From Gemmatimonadales bacterium (GTDB lineage: Bacteria > Gemmatimonadota > Gemmatimonadetes > Gemmatimonadales > GWC2-71-9), in assembly GCA_025927545.1 (NCBI GenBank), contig JAICLE010000005.1:720-64719 (forward strand): a stretch of 64,000 nt of DNA. Direction: 5' to 3'. Both the position numbers and the translations under genes were made by a program. Each line of letters starts with the position of its first letter. The stretch's first letter is position 1. Positions 11,456 through 21,352 of this stretch are shown here, piece after piece. The notes under the pieces are model-generated. The model was not told where the DNA came from, did not search any database, and was given only the letters and a program-made list of their open reading frames with translations.

Positions 11456-11992
11456 ATGAAGCTGTCCGTCGCGACAACCTGGGCCGTCCTGCTCACTCTC
11501 GTCTGTGCCGCCGCACCGCTCGCGGCACAGCAGGGGGGCGGGACCAAGATCGCCTACGTCAACACCCAGGCGATCCTCAAGGCGACGCCGGGCTATGCGC
11601 AGGCCGAGTCCACCTTCACGAAGGAGCTCGCGAGCTACCGGGGAGAAGTTCAGAAGCTGCAGGCCAGCCTGGACTCCGCGGCCTCCGACTTCGAACAGCA
11701 GTCGGTCATGCTCAGCCCGACGCAGCGGGCGGCCAAGCGGAAGGACCTCCAGGGCCAGCAGCAGAAGCTGGAACAGCGCACGCAGGAGCTGCAGCAGCGC
11801 GCGACGGGCCGCGAGCGGGAGCTGCTCGACCCGATCCAGTCCAAGGTCAACAGCGTGATCGAAGGGATGCGCGCCTCGGGCAACTACGCGATGATTTTCG
11901 ACGTGAGTGCGCCCAACAGCGGGGTCGTTACGGCGGACAAGTCGCTGGACCTCACCCAGAAGGTCATCCAGCAGCTCAAGTCCGGCAGCTAG
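11456..11992 (+). CDS. skp: OmpH/Skp periplasmic chaperone
   Basis: Signal peptide, KIAYVN, long Gln-rich coiled coil, DLTQKV; located between bamA and lpxD. Confidence 0.92.
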   Translation: MKLSVATTWAVLLTLVCAAAPLAAQQGGGTKIAYVNTQAILKATPGYAQAESTFTKELASYRGEVQKLQASLDSAASDFEQQSVMLSPTQRAAKRKDLQGQQQKLEQRTQELQQRATGRERELLDPIQSKVNSVIEGMRASGNYAMIFDVSAPNSGVVTADKSLDLTQKVIQQLKSGS

Positions 11993-11996
11993 CCAC

Positions 11997-13031
11997 GTGG
12001 CCGCGGCAGGTCTCACCGCGCAGGCGGTCGCCGATCTCGTCGGTGGCCGCCTGCTTGGCGATGGGACCGTGACGGTCAGCGCCGTGCGCCCGCTGGACCG
12101 GGCGGGCCCCGAGGCGCTCTCGCTGGCCGTCTCGGCCCGCTACGCGGAGGCGCTCCGGAGCTCCCGGGCCGGCGCCGTGCTGGTGCCGGAGGCGCTGGCC
12201 GCAACGCCCGAGGGCCGGCGCGCGCGCATCGTGGTCCCGGACCCGTACGCGGCGCTGGTGCGCGTGATGGCCGCACTCTTTCCTCCGGCCGCCCTCCAAG
12301 CCGGCGTGGATCGAGCCGCGCGCCTCGGCCCCGGCTGCGTGCTCGGCGCCGACGTCAGCATCGGGCCGTTCGTGGTCCTGGGTCGGGGAGTCCACCTGGG
12401 CGCGCGGTCGCGGCTGGCGGAAGGCGTGTCGCTCGGCGACGGGGTGACCATCGGCGAGGACACCGTGATCGGCCCCCGTGCCGTCTGCTATGCCGAGACC
12501 AGGATCGGCAGCCGGGTGGTGATCAAGGCCGGGGCGGTCATCGGCGGCCCGGGTTTCGGGTACCGGCGGGGCCCTGCGGGGCATGACCGGATTCCCCACG
12601 TGGGCGGCTGCATCGTGGCCGACGAGGTGGAGATCGGCTCCAACTCCTGCGTCGACCGCGGGAGCGTGGACGACACCGTCATCGGGCGCGGCACCAAGCT
12701 CGACAACCTCGTGCACGTGGGGCACAACGTCCGGATCGGCGAGCGCTGCCTTCTGATGGCCGGCGTCGGGGTCGCGGGGAGCACCCACATCGGGAACGAC
12801 GTCATTCTGGCGGGGCACGTGGGCGTGACGGACCACCTCCTGATCGGCGATGGAGCGCGAATCGCGGCCAAGAGCGCGGTATTCGGCGACATCCCGGCGG
12901 GCGCCTCGTTCAGCGGCCACCCCGCACGGCCGCACCGTCAATTCCTCCGGGCACAGGCGGCACTTCATCGGCTGGCGCCGATCATCGCGGACGTGGAGCG
13001 GGTCGTGGGGAGGGGGCGCCCCGATGCCTAG
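11997..13031 (+). CDS. lpxD: UDP-3-O-acyl-glucosamine N-acyltransferase
   Basis: Hexapeptide repeats, GGPGFGY, VEIGSNSCVDRG, KLDNLVHVGHNV; GTG start inferred. Confidence 0.95.
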   Translation: MAAAGLTAQAVADLVGGRLLGDGTVTVSAVRPLDRAGPEALSLAVSARYAEALRSSRAGAVLVPEALAATPEGRRARIVVPDPYAALVRVMAALFPPAALQAGVDRAARLGPGCVLGADVSIGPFVVLGRGVHLGARSRLAEGVSLGDGVTIGEDTVIGPRAVCYAETRIGSRVVIKAGAVIGGPGFGYRRGPAGHDRIPHVGGCIVADEVEIGSNSCVDRGSVDDTVIGRGTKLDNLVHVGHNVRIGERCLLMAGVGVAGSTHIGNDVILAGHVGVTDHLLIGDGARIAAKSAVFGDIPAGASFSGHPARPHRQFLRAQAALHRLAPIIADVERVVGRGRPDA

Positions 13032-14298
13032 ACGGACGCTCGCGGGGGTCGCCGTGGTGCGCGGCACGGGTCTGCATACCGGACGTGAGGCCAGCGTCCG
13101 CTGCCTCGCGGCGCCGGCGGGTCAGGGGATCGTCTTCCAGCGGATGGATCTGCCGGGCGCCCCGCGCATCCCGGCACGCATCACCGAGGTGCAGAGCACC
13201 GACCGGCGGACCGCGCTGGGCGAGGGTGCCGCAACGGTGCAGACGGTCGAGCACCTGCTGGCGGCTGCCGCCGCACTCGGCCTCGACGATCTCACCGTCG
13301 AACTCGACGGCCCCGAGCCGCCGATCGGCGACGGGTCGTTCGCGCCATTCCTGGCGGCGCTCAGTGAGGCGGGCACCCGGGAGATCCCTGGCGAGCCGGT
13401 CGTCTACCGCGTCACGGCGCCGTTCCAGCTCGTGGAAGGGGACGCCAGCTATGTGGTGGCGCCGGCCCGATCGCTCCGGCTCACCACCACGATCGAATGG
13501 TCGCACCCGCTGATCGGCCGGCAGAGCGGCGCGTACGAGATCACCCCGGCCGAATTCTCGCGCGAGCTGGCGGGCGCCCGTACGTTCGGGTTCCTGCACG
13601 AGGCGGAGGCGCTCCGCGCGCGCGGCCTGGCCCTGGGCGCGGGGCTGGACTCCACCCTGGTGCTCTCCGACGAGGGACTCGTGGGCGACGCCACCCTCCG
13701 CTGGCCGGACGAGTTCGTTCGCCACAAGTCGGCCGACATTCTGGGAGACCTGGCGCTGGTCGGGGGCCGGATCGAAGCGCACGTGATCGCAACCAAGCCA
13801 AGCCATCAGGGCAACATCGCGCTGGCCCGCTGGCTCACCCGGACGGCGCAGCGCGACGGAGGCGTGGCGATGGACATCGGCCGGATCCTCGACGTGATCC
13901 CGCACCGGTACCCGTTCCTGCTGGTGGACCGCATCCTCGAGGTGGAGGGGACGAAACGGATCGTCGGGATCAAGAACGTCACCATCAACGAGCCGTTTTT
14001 CCAAGGCCACTTTCCCGGCCACCCCATCATGCCCGGCGTGCTCATCATCGAGGCCATGGCCCAGGTCGGCGGGATGCTGCTGCTCGGCACGATCGAGGAC
14101 CCCGACCAGAAGGTGGTGTACTTCATGTCGCTCGACAATGTGAAGTTCCGCCGGCCGGTGCTCCCGGGCGATCAGCTTCGCTGCGAGCTGGAGATGCTGC
14201 AGAACCGCGGGCGCACCTGCCGGATGAAGGGGGTGGCCTACGTGGACGGCAACGTCGTGGCCGAGGCCGAGATGATGGCGCGGGTGGTGGACCGGTGA
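13024..14298 (+). CDS. lpxC: Bifunctional LpxC deacetylase / FabZ dehydratase
   Basis: [34 protein letters not shown], then in the same frame FabZ motifs [11 protein letters not shown] and [22 protein letters not shown]. Confidence 0.95.
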   Translation: MPRRTLAGVAVVRGTGLHTGREASVRCLAAPAGQGIVFQRMDLPGAPRIPARITEVQSTDRRTALGEGAATVQTVEHLLAAAAALGLDDLTVELDGPEPPIGDGSFAPFLAALSEAGTREIPGEPVVYRVTAPFQLVEGDASYVVAPARSLRLTTTIEWSHPLIGRQSGAYEITPAEFSRELAGARTFGFLHEAEALRARGLALGAGLDSTLVLSDEGLVGDATLRWPDEFVRHKSADILGDLALVGGRIEAHVIATKPSHQGNIALARWLTRTAQRDGGVAMDIGRILDVIPHRYPFLLVDRILEVEGTKRIVGIKNVTINEPFFQGHFPGHPIMPGVLIIEAMAQVGGMLLLGTIEDPDQKVVYFMSLDNVKFRRPVLPGDQLRCELEMLQNRGRTCRMKGVAYVDGNVVAEAEMMARVVDR

Positions 14299-15071
14299 CC
14301 ACCGCGGTCCACCCGACCGCGCTCGTCGACCCGTCGGCGCGAATCGGGGCCGGCGTGGAGATCGGCCCCTGGGCCATGGTCGGGCCCGCGGTCACGGTGG
14401 GTGACCGCTGCCGGCTGGGCCCGCGCTCGCGGCTGGTACGCAACGTGGTGCTGGCCGAGGATGTGACCGTCGGCGACGGATCGATTCTTGGCGGCGACCC
14501 CCAGGACCTCAAGTTCAAGGGGGAGGAGACCTGGGTGGAGATCGGAGCGGGCACCATCATCAGGGAATACTCCACCATCAACCGCGCCACCTCGCAGAGT
14601 TACCGCACGGTGGTCGGCCAGCGCTGTTTCATCATGTCGTACGTGCACCTGGCGCACGATTGCCATGTGGGCGACGAGGTGACGATCGCCAACGGCACCC
14701 AGTGCGCCGGGCACGTCACCATCCACGACCGGGCCGTCTTGAGCGGACTCAACGCGGTGCACCAGTTCGTCACCATCGGGACCCATGCGTTCGTGGGCGG
14801 GGGATCGAGGGTGAACCAGGACATTCCGCCGTACGTCAAGGCAGTGGGGAACCCGATGGAGCTCTACGGCCTCAACTCGATCGGCCTCCAGCGGGCCGGC
14901 TTCTCGGGCGACACGATCGCGGCGCTCAAGCGCGCCTACCGGCTGTTCTTCAATTCGGAGCTCAACCTGTCGCAGGCGCTGGAACGCGCCCGGACAGATC
15001 TTCCGGGGTCGCCCGAGGTGGAGCGCTTCCTCGCATTCGTGGAATCGTCCGAGCGCGGAGTGCCCGCGTGA
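14295..15071 (+). CDS. lpxA: Acyl-ACP--UDP-N-acetylglucosamine O-acyltransferase
   Basis: VHPTALVD, GGDPQDLKF, IREYSTINR, HLAHDC, GLNSIGLQR. Confidence 0.96.
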   Translation: MTTAVHPTALVDPSARIGAGVEIGPWAMVGPAVTVGDRCRLGPRSRLVRNVVLAEDVTVGDGSILGGDPQDLKFKGEETWVEIGAGTIIREYSTINRATSQSYRTVVGQRCFIMSYVHLAHDCHVGDEVTIANGTQCAGHVTIHDRAVLSGLNAVHQFVTIGTHAFVGGGSRVNQDIPPYVKAVGNPMELYGLNSIGLQRAGFSGDTIAALKRAYRLFFNSELNLSQALERARTDLPGSPEVERFLAFVESSERGVPA

Positions 15072-16048
15072 GCGCCCGGCTGCCCATTGGCGTGATCGGC
15101 GTCGGCGCGCTCGGCCGGCATCATGCGCGCCACCTGGCCGGACTCGCCGACGCCCGGCTCGCCGGCATCTACGATACCGACGCCGGGCGCGCCCAGCAGG
15201 TGGCCCGCGAGCTCGGCACGACCGCCTGCGCCAGCCTGGACGAGCTGCTCGGCGCGGTCGAGGCGGTGACCGTCGCGGTCCCCACCCCGGCGCACGCGGA
15301 GGTCGGACTCGCCGCGCTCGCGGCGGGGGTCCCGGTACTGATGGAGAAGCCGCTCGCCGCCACGGTGGCCGAGGCGGACGCGCTCATCGCGGCCGCAGAC
15401 CGGGGCGGGCTGCAGCTCCAGGTGGGGCACATCGAACGATACAATCGCGCCATCCGCGCCGCCGAACCGTACCTGCGCGGTCCCCGATACATCGAGAGCC
15501 AGCGTCTGGCGCCATTCCAGCCGCGCGGTACCGACGTGGCCGTGGTGCTCGACCTCATGATCCACGACCTGGATCTCGTGCTCCACCTCACCGGCGGCGC
15601 CGAAGCCCTCGAGGTCCGCGCGTCCGGCCTGCCGCTCCTCAGCGCGCACCTCGACCTCGCCAACGCGCGGGTCGAGTTCGCCAACGGGGCGGTGGCACTG
15701 GCCACGGCCAGCCGGGTGTCGCGCGAGCGGGTGCGCCGGCTCAGGCTGTTCCAGCCGAACGGCTACTTCTCGCTGGACCTCGCGAGCGGCGCCGGGGAAT
15801 TCATGCGCGTCCGCGGGGACTGGCAGCCGGGCACGGGGAAGGCGCTGACCGACGTGGTCGAGCGGATCGTGCTGGAGGCGCCGGAGGCCGATGCGCTCCA
15901 GTTGGAGCTCCGGAGCTTCGTCCACGCGGTGCGCGGCCAGCGGGAGCCGGTGGTGAGCGGCGAGGAGGGACGGGCGGCGCTCGCGCTCGCGCTGCGAGTG
16001 GCCGAGGCCGTGCGGACCTCGCCGCTCACCGTCCCCGCGGCTGGATGA
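15068..16048 (+). CDS. Gfo/Idh/MocA oxidoreductase (GnnA-like UDP-GlcNAc 3-dehydrogenase)
   Basis: GVIGVGALG, EKPLA, VGHIERYN, DVAVVLDLMIHDLD; located between lpxA and lpxB. Confidence 0.85.
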   Translation: MSARLPIGVIGVGALGRHHARHLAGLADARLAGIYDTDAGRAQQVARELGTTACASLDELLGAVEAVTVAVPTPAHAEVGLAALAAGVPVLMEKPLAATVAEADALIAAADRGGLQLQVGHIERYNRAIRAAEPYLRGPRYIESQRLAPFQPRGTDVAVVLDLMIHDLDLVLHLTGGAEALEVRASGLPLLSAHLDLANARVEFANGAVALATASRVSRERVRRLRLFQPNGYFSLDLASGAGEFMRVRGDWQPGTGKALTDVVERIVLEAPEADALQLELRSFVHAVRGQREPVVSGEEGRAALALALRVAEAVRTSPLTVPAAG

Positions 16049-17169
16049 TCGCGCGGCGCGCCCCCCGCATCTTCATCTCCGCCGGCGAGCCCTCGGGCGA
16101 TCTTCACGGCGCCGGCGTGGTTCGCGCGCTTCGCGACCGCTACCCCGATTCCGTCATCGAAGCGCTGGGCGGCCCGCTGATGGCCGCGGCCGGGGCGACG
16201 ATCCGCTACCCCATGGAAGGGCTCGCCGCCTTCGGTGTGGTCGAGATCGTCACCAAGCTGGCGGCGCACGTGCGGCTGCTCCGCGCCCTGCGGGCCGACT
16301 TCCGCGCCGGCCGCTACGATCTCGCGATCGTGATCGACTACCCCGGCTTTCACGTGCGGGTGGCCGAGGCGGCGCGGGAGGCGGGCATCAAGGTCCTTTA
16401 CTACATTGCGCCGCAGCTCTGGGCGTGGCGTCCCGGCCGGGCGCGCCGGTTCGCGTCGGCGGTGGACCGGCTGGCCGTGGTGCTGCCGTTCGAGCAGCGC
16501 TTCTTCGGAGGGCTGGGACTCCGGAGCGACTACGTGGGACACCCGCTGGTCGATCGCGGGGCGTGGCCCAGCCGCGCGGCGGCACGGGAGCAGATCGGCA
16601 TCCGCTCGGAGGCCCGGGTGCTCGGGCTCTTTCCGGGAAGCCGGCACCAGGAGATCCGCCGGCTCTGGCGGCCGTTTCGGGACGCGGCGCACCAGCTCCT
16701 GAGCGAGGGGCGCTGCGACCGGGTGCTGGTGGCGGGCACGCCCGACGGGGATTATCCGGATCCGGGCCAGCTCGAGCTCCTCCGCGGCGATCCCATCCCG
16801 GTTTTCGCGGCGGCGGACGCTGCGCTCGCCAAGTCGGGCACCACCACGCTCGAGGCCGCGCTCGCGGACGTGCCGATGGTGGTCGCGTACAAGGTCCATC
16901 CGCTGACCTGGCACATGTTCCAGCGGCTCCGGACAGTGCAGTGGGTGAGCCTGGTGAACCTCGTCGCCGAGCGGGAGGTCGTGCCCGAGATGCTGCAGGA
17001 CCGCGCGGAGGCGTCCCCGCTGGCCGAGGCGCTCCGCCCGCTGCTCGACCCACGCGACCCGGCCACCGTGGCGCAGCGCGAAGGACTTGCGCTGGTGCGG
17101 GAGCGACTGGGCGAGCCTGGCGCCACGACCCGGGTGGTGGCGCTGGCGGACGAGTTGCTGGGCGAGTGA
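16045..17169 (+). CDS. lpxB: Lipid-A-disaccharide synthase
   Basis: AGEPSGDLHG, IDYPGF, YIAPQLWAWR, LPFE, YVGHPL, FPGSR, KSGTTTLE. Confidence 0.96.
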   Translation: MIARRAPRIFISAGEPSGDLHGAGVVRALRDRYPDSVIEALGGPLMAAAGATIRYPMEGLAAFGVVEIVTKLAAHVRLLRALRADFRAGRYDLAIVIDYPGFHVRVAEAAREAGIKVLYYIAPQLWAWRPGRARRFASAVDRLAVVLPFEQRFFGGLGLRSDYVGHPLVDRGAWPSRAAAREQIGIRSEARVLGLFPGSRHQEIRRLWRPFRDAAHQLLSEGRCDRVLVAGTPDGDYPDPGQLELLRGDPIPVFAAADAALAKSGTTTLEAALADVPMVVAYKVHPLTWHMFQRLRTVQWVSLVNLVAEREVVPEMLQDRAEASPLAEALRPLLDPRDPATVAQREGLALVRERLGEPGATTRVVALADELLGE

Positions 17170-17795
17170 GGCTCCGGGTTCCGCCGGCCGTGGCGCGGGC
17201 GCTGGCGGGGCCGGCCATCCGGGCGCTCGCCACGACCTGGCGAATCACCACGGTGCACGAGGAGCGCTGGCGGCCGTTGTTCGAGGCCCGGCGACCCCAC
17301 GTGTTTCTGCTGTGGCACGAGGCGCTGCTGCCGCTCCTGTGGCATCACCGGCGGCAGGCTATCGCCATCGTCGTCAGCGAAGCGCGCGACGGGCAGTACC
17401 TGGCGGACTTCGCCGCCTCGCTGGGGTATCGGGCCGTGCGCGGCTCGAGCACACGGGGCGCGGCGCGGGCTCTCCTCGGCGCGGTGCGGGAGCTTCGGTC
17501 GGGGTACGCCGTCGCCTTCACGCCCGACGGCCCGCTGGGGCCCCGCCGGGCGCTCAAGCCCGGGGTGGTGGCGGCGGCCCAGCGCGGCGGGGGCATCGTC
17601 GTGCCGCTCCACGCCGAGGCGGGCCGGGCGTGGCGGTTAAATTCCTGGGACCGGTTCATGATCCCGAAACCAGGGGCGCGCGTGCGGGTCGTCTATGGGC
17701 GCCCGTTCGAGGTGGCCGCCGGCGACGCGGGGCTCGCCCGGGGAGTGGCGGACGCGGAGGAGCGACTGCGCGAGATCGCGGGGAGCGACCGATGA
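17166..17795 (+). CDS. DUF374 / lysophospholipid acyltransferase family protein (LpxJ-like)
   Basis: LWH, VSEARDG, VRGSSTRG, FTPDGPLGP, LNSWDRFMIPKP. Confidence 0.85.
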   Translation: MRLRVPPAVARALAGPAIRALATTWRITTVHEERWRPLFEARRPHVFLLWHEALLPLLWHHRRQAIAIVVSEARDGQYLADFAASLGYRAVRGSSTRGAARALLGAVRELRSGYAVAFTPDGPLGPRRALKPGVVAAAQRGGGIVVPLHAEAGRAWRLNSWDRFMIPKPGARVRVVYGRPFEVAAGDAGLARGVADAEERLREIAGSDR

Positions 17796-18832
17796 GCCGG
17801 CGGGGCGACACGCATCGGGTCATGCGCTGGCTATGGACCAGCCGGCGGGCAGACGCGCGGCTCGCCCGCCTCGCGCTGCTGCCGGTCTCCGGGCTTTGGC
17901 GCGTCGCCGTAGGCGCCCGACGGACGGCCTACCGGCAGGGCTGGCTCCCGGTGCACGACCTTCCGCTGCCGAGCGTGGCGGTGGGCAATCTCACCGTGGG
18001 CGGCTCCGGCAAGACCCCCATCGCCATCTGGATCGCCCGGCACTACGTGGCGCGCGGTCTCCGCCCGGGCATCCTCCTCCGCGGCTACGGGGGCGACGAA
18101 ACGCTCGTGCATCAGCATTCGGTGCCCGAGGCGGTCGTGGTGGCCGACCCCGACCGGGCCGCGGGAGCCGAGCGCGCGCTGGCCCGAGGGGCGGACGTGC
18201 TGGTGCTGGATGACGCCTATCAGCGGCTCGACGTGCACCGGGACCTCAACGTCCTGGTCATGAGCGCCGAGACCACGCGCGCGGTGCGCTGGCCGCTCCC
18301 CGCGGGCCCGTGGCGGGAGAGCTGGGACGCGCTCGACCGGGCGGACGCCGTGGTGGTGACCCGGAAGCGGGCCACCGCCGAGGCCGCCCGCACGCTGGCG
18401 GGGACGCTGGCAGAGCGGGTGCGGGCTCCGATTGCGATCGCCCACCTCGGCCTGGGCACGCTCGAGGGACTGGTGAGCGGAACCCGCCGTCCCGCATCGA
18501 TCCTGGCCGGCAAGCGGGTCGTGGCCGCGTCGGGCATCGCGGATCCGGACGCCTTCGTGGCGCAGACCAAGGCGACCGGCGCGGCCGTACAGGTTGCCAC
18601 GTGGAAGGACCACCACGACTACCGCGATGAGGACGTGGCCTGGCTTGCCCACGCCGCGCGTCGGGCCGACCACGTGGTGATCACGCAGAAGGACGCCGTC
18701 AAGCTGCGCGACCGGTGGCCGGCGGCCGTCCCCGAGCCGCTCGTGGCCCTGCTCGACCTGAGCTGGGAGAAAGGCGGCGAGCGCTTCGCCGCCGTGCTGG
18801 ACGCCGTCGTCACACCCGTCGACCGCCTGTAA
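17792..18832 (+). CDS. lpxK: Tetraacyldisaccharide 4'-kinase
   Basis: [42 protein letters not shown]. Confidence 0.93.
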   Translation: MSRRGDTHRVMRWLWTSRRADARLARLALLPVSGLWRVAVGARRTAYRQGWLPVHDLPLPSVAVGNLTVGGSGKTPIAIWIARHYVARGLRPGILLRGYGGDETLVHQHSVPEAVVVADPDRAAGAERALARGADVLVLDDAYQRLDVHRDLNVLVMSAETTRAVRWPLPAGPWRESWDALDRADAVVVTRKRATAEAARTLAGTLAERVRAPIAIAHLGLGTLEGLVSGTRRPASILAGKRVVAASGIADPDAFVAQTKATGAAVQVATWKDHHDYRDEDVAWLAHAARRADHVVITQKDAVKLRDRWPAAVPEPLVALLDLSWEKGGERFAAVLDAVVTPVDRL

Positions 18833-18857
18833 CCACCATCGGAGCATTCCGACACCT

Positions 18858-20162
18858 ATGAGTGCCACCAGCCGCCCCTCACCGCTCCTCATCCGCCCCG
18901 AGAAGGACACCTTCCTCAACGAGGAAAACCCATTCGAAGGGATGATGTCACGCTTCGATTACGCGGCGGAGCGTCTGAGCCTGGACCAGGGACTGTACAA
19001 GGTGCTGCGCAGTCCGGAAAAGCAGATCATCGTCTCGGTACCGTTCCAGCGGGACACGGGCGAGGTGGAGGTCTACACCGGCTACCGCGTGCTCTACAAC
19101 ACGAGCCGCGGCCCCGCGAAAGGCGGCATCCGGTTCGATTTGAACGTGACGCTCGACGAGGTGAAGGCGCTGGCGGCGTGGATGACCTGGAAATGCGCGC
19201 TCGTCAACATTCCGTTCGGAGGCTCCAAGGGCGGGGTGGTCTGCGACCCCGCCACACTCTCCAATACCGAGCTCGAGCGCATCACCCGCCGCTACACCTC
19301 CGCCATCATCGAAATCCTGGGACCCGACTCCGACGTACCCGCGCCCGACGTGAACACCAATGAGCGGGTCATGGCCTGGATCATGGACACGTATTCCATG
19401 CACAAGCGGCACACGGTCACCGCCGTCGTCACCGGGAAGCCGATCGCCATGGGCGGCTCCCTCGGCCGGCGCGAGGCGACCGGCCGGGGCTGCATGCTGG
19501 TGACCCGCGAGGCGCTCCGGAAGCTCGGGATGCCGATCGCCGGGACACGGGTGGCCGTCCAGGGCTTCGGCAACGTGGGCTCGACCGCGGCGATGCTCAT
19601 GGAGGAGCTGGGGCTCACCATCGTGGCGGTCAGCGACAAGTCGGGCGGGGTCTACAACCCGAAGGGACTGCGCATCAAGGAGCTGCAGCAGCACGTCCGC
19701 GAGCATCGCTTCCTCGGCGAGTACAAGGAGGCCGAGCCGATCACCAACGAACAGCTCCTCACGGTCGACTGCGAGGTCCTCGTGCCCGCGGCGCTGGAGA
19801 ACGTCATCACCCGGCACAATGCGGGCGACGTGAAGGCCCGTATCATCTGCGAGGGAGCCAACGGCCCCACCACGGCCAATGCCGACCGCATCCTGGAAGA
19901 GAAGGGCGTGTTCGTGGTGCCCGACATCCTGGCGAATGCGGGAGGCGTCACGGTCAGCTACTTCGAGTGGGTGCAGGACCGGGGCGGCTACTTCTGGGAC
20001 GAGGAAACCGTCAACCAGCGGCTCGAGCGCATCATGGTGCAGTCGTTCGACGAAGTGATCACCATGTCGGAGAAGCACCGCGTCAATCTGCGCACCGGTG
20101 CGTACATGCAGGCGATCGAGCGGGTGGCGGCGGTGCATCGCCTGCGGGGCATGTACGCCTAG
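18858..20162 (+). CDS. gdhA: Glu/Leu/Phe/Val dehydrogenase (glutamate dehydrogenase)
   Basis: [59 protein letters not shown]. Confidence 0.93.
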   Translation: MSATSRPSPLLIRPEKDTFLNEENPFEGMMSRFDYAAERLSLDQGLYKVLRSPEKQIIVSVPFQRDTGEVEVYTGYRVLYNTSRGPAKGGIRFDLNVTLDEVKALAAWMTWKCALVNIPFGGSKGGVVCDPATLSNTELERITRRYTSAIIEILGPDSDVPAPDVNTNERVMAWIMDTYSMHKRHTVTAVVTGKPIAMGGSLGRREATGRGCMLVTREALRKLGMPIAGTRVAVQGFGNVGSTAAMLMEELGLTIVAVSDKSGGVYNPKGLRIKELQQHVREHRFLGEYKEAEPITNEQLLTVDCEVLVPAALENVITRHNAGDVKARIICEGANGPTTANADRILEEKGVFVVPDILANAGGVTVSYFEWVQDRGGYFWDEETVNQRLERIMVQSFDEVITMSEKHRVNLRTGAYMQAIERVAAVHRLRGMYA

Positions 20163-20639
20163 GTGGAACTGGTGCTGCTGGCCGTCGGCAAACTGCGCCC
20201 GAGCTATCGCGAGACATGCGACGACTATCTCCGCCGGCTCAGCCGTCGCGTGACCATCCGGCAGCTCGAGGTCCGCGAGGCCAGCCGCGCGCCGACGGCG
20301 GCGGCGCAGCGCGACGAGGAGGCCGCTCGGCTGCTCGCACGGGCGCCGGCGCGGGCGCGCCTCGTGGCGCTTACCCGCGAGGGGACGGCGTGGAGCAGCG
20401 AGGAGGTGTCTCGCCAGCTGGAGCGCTGGATGCGCGAGGCCCGGCCGGTGGCGCTCGTCATCGGCGGCTCGCGCGGCCTGGCCCCCGACCTCCTCGCCCG
20501 GGCGGCCGACCGATGGAGCCTGGGGCCGCTCACGCTGCCGCACGAGCTGGCGCGCGTCGTCGTGGCGGAGCAGCTCTACCGGGCCGTCACGATCCTCCGC
20601 GGGGAGCCGTATCACAAGGGTCCCGGTGCGCCGCGATGA
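20163..20639 (+). CDS. rlmH: 23S rRNA pseudouridine-1915 N3-methyltransferase
   Basis: LLAVGK, VIGGSRGL, SLGPLTLPHELAR, EQLYRA..I..GEPYHK. Confidence 0.95.
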   Translation: MELVLLAVGKLRPSYRETCDDYLRRLSRRVTIRQLEVREASRAPTAAAQRDEEAARLLARAPARARLVALTREGTAWSSEEVSRQLERWMREARPVALVIGGSRGLAPDLLARAADRWSLGPLTLPHELARVVVAEQLYRAVTILRGEPYHKGPGAPR

Positions 20640-21352
20640 CCGAATGGTTCGAGGAGTGGTTCGGCGAGGAGTACCTTCACCTCTATCCGCACCGGGACGC
20701 GGTGGAGGCGGAGCGTGCCGTGGCGCTCATCCTCGAGCGGGTCGGATTCGCGCCGGGCTGGCGGGTGCTGGACGTGGCCTGCGGCGCGGGTCGCCACGCG
20801 CGCGCGTTCGAGGCAGCCGGCGCGCGCTGCGTCGGCCTCGACCTGTCCGCCGCGCTGCTGCGCATCGCGCGGGGCTCGACCGGCGCGCCGCTCGTGCGGG
20901 CCGACATGCGCGCGCTGCCGGTGCGCCCCGGCTCCATGGACCTCACGGTCAACCTGTTCACCAGCTTCGGCTACTTCGAGCGCGACTCGGAGCACGCGGA
21001 AGCGCTGGGTGAAATGGTGGGGACGGTCCGCCCCGGCGGGTGGTTCGTGATCGACTTCCTCAACGCCGCCGCGGTGCGCGCGCGGCTCGTCCCGTGCGAG
21101 GCGCAGTGGCTCGACGGCACCCGGGTGACGGTGCACCGCTCGGTGTCGGCCGACGGGCGCTACGTCAGGAAGACGATCGAGCCCGCGAGCGGCCGACGCT
21201 TTACCGAGCGCGTGCGACTGTTCGAGCCGGTGCAGATCGCCGCCATGCTGGCGGCCGCGGGTGTCACGGTCCGGCACCGGTTCGGCGACTACGACGCTTC
21301 CAGCCTCACGGCCGACTCCCCTCGCACCATTCTGATGGGACAGGTGGCATGA
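20636..21352 (+). CDS. Class I SAM-dependent methyltransferase (candidate bacillithiol N-methyltransferase, NmbA-like)
   Basis: EWFEEWF..Y..LY.HRD N-terminus, VLDVACGAGRH, DMR, NLFTSFGYF; ATGA overlap with bshC. Substrate is inferred. Confidence 0.85.
   Translation: MTEWFEEWFGEEYLHLYPHRDAVEAERAVALILERVGFAPGWRVLDVACGAGRHARAFEAAGARCVGLDLSAALLRIARGSTGAPLVRADMRALPVRPGSMDLTVNLFTSFGYFERDSEHAEALGEMVGTVRPGGWFVIDFLNAAAVRARLVPCEAQWLDGTRVTVHRSVSADGRYVRKTIEPASGRRFTERVRLFEPVQIAAMLAAAGVTVRHRFGDYDASSLTADSPRTILMGQVA

Noticed and set aside
13024-14298. LpxC-FabZ fusion as a novelty
   Set aside because: Well known in Bacteroidota, Chlorobiota and related lineages.
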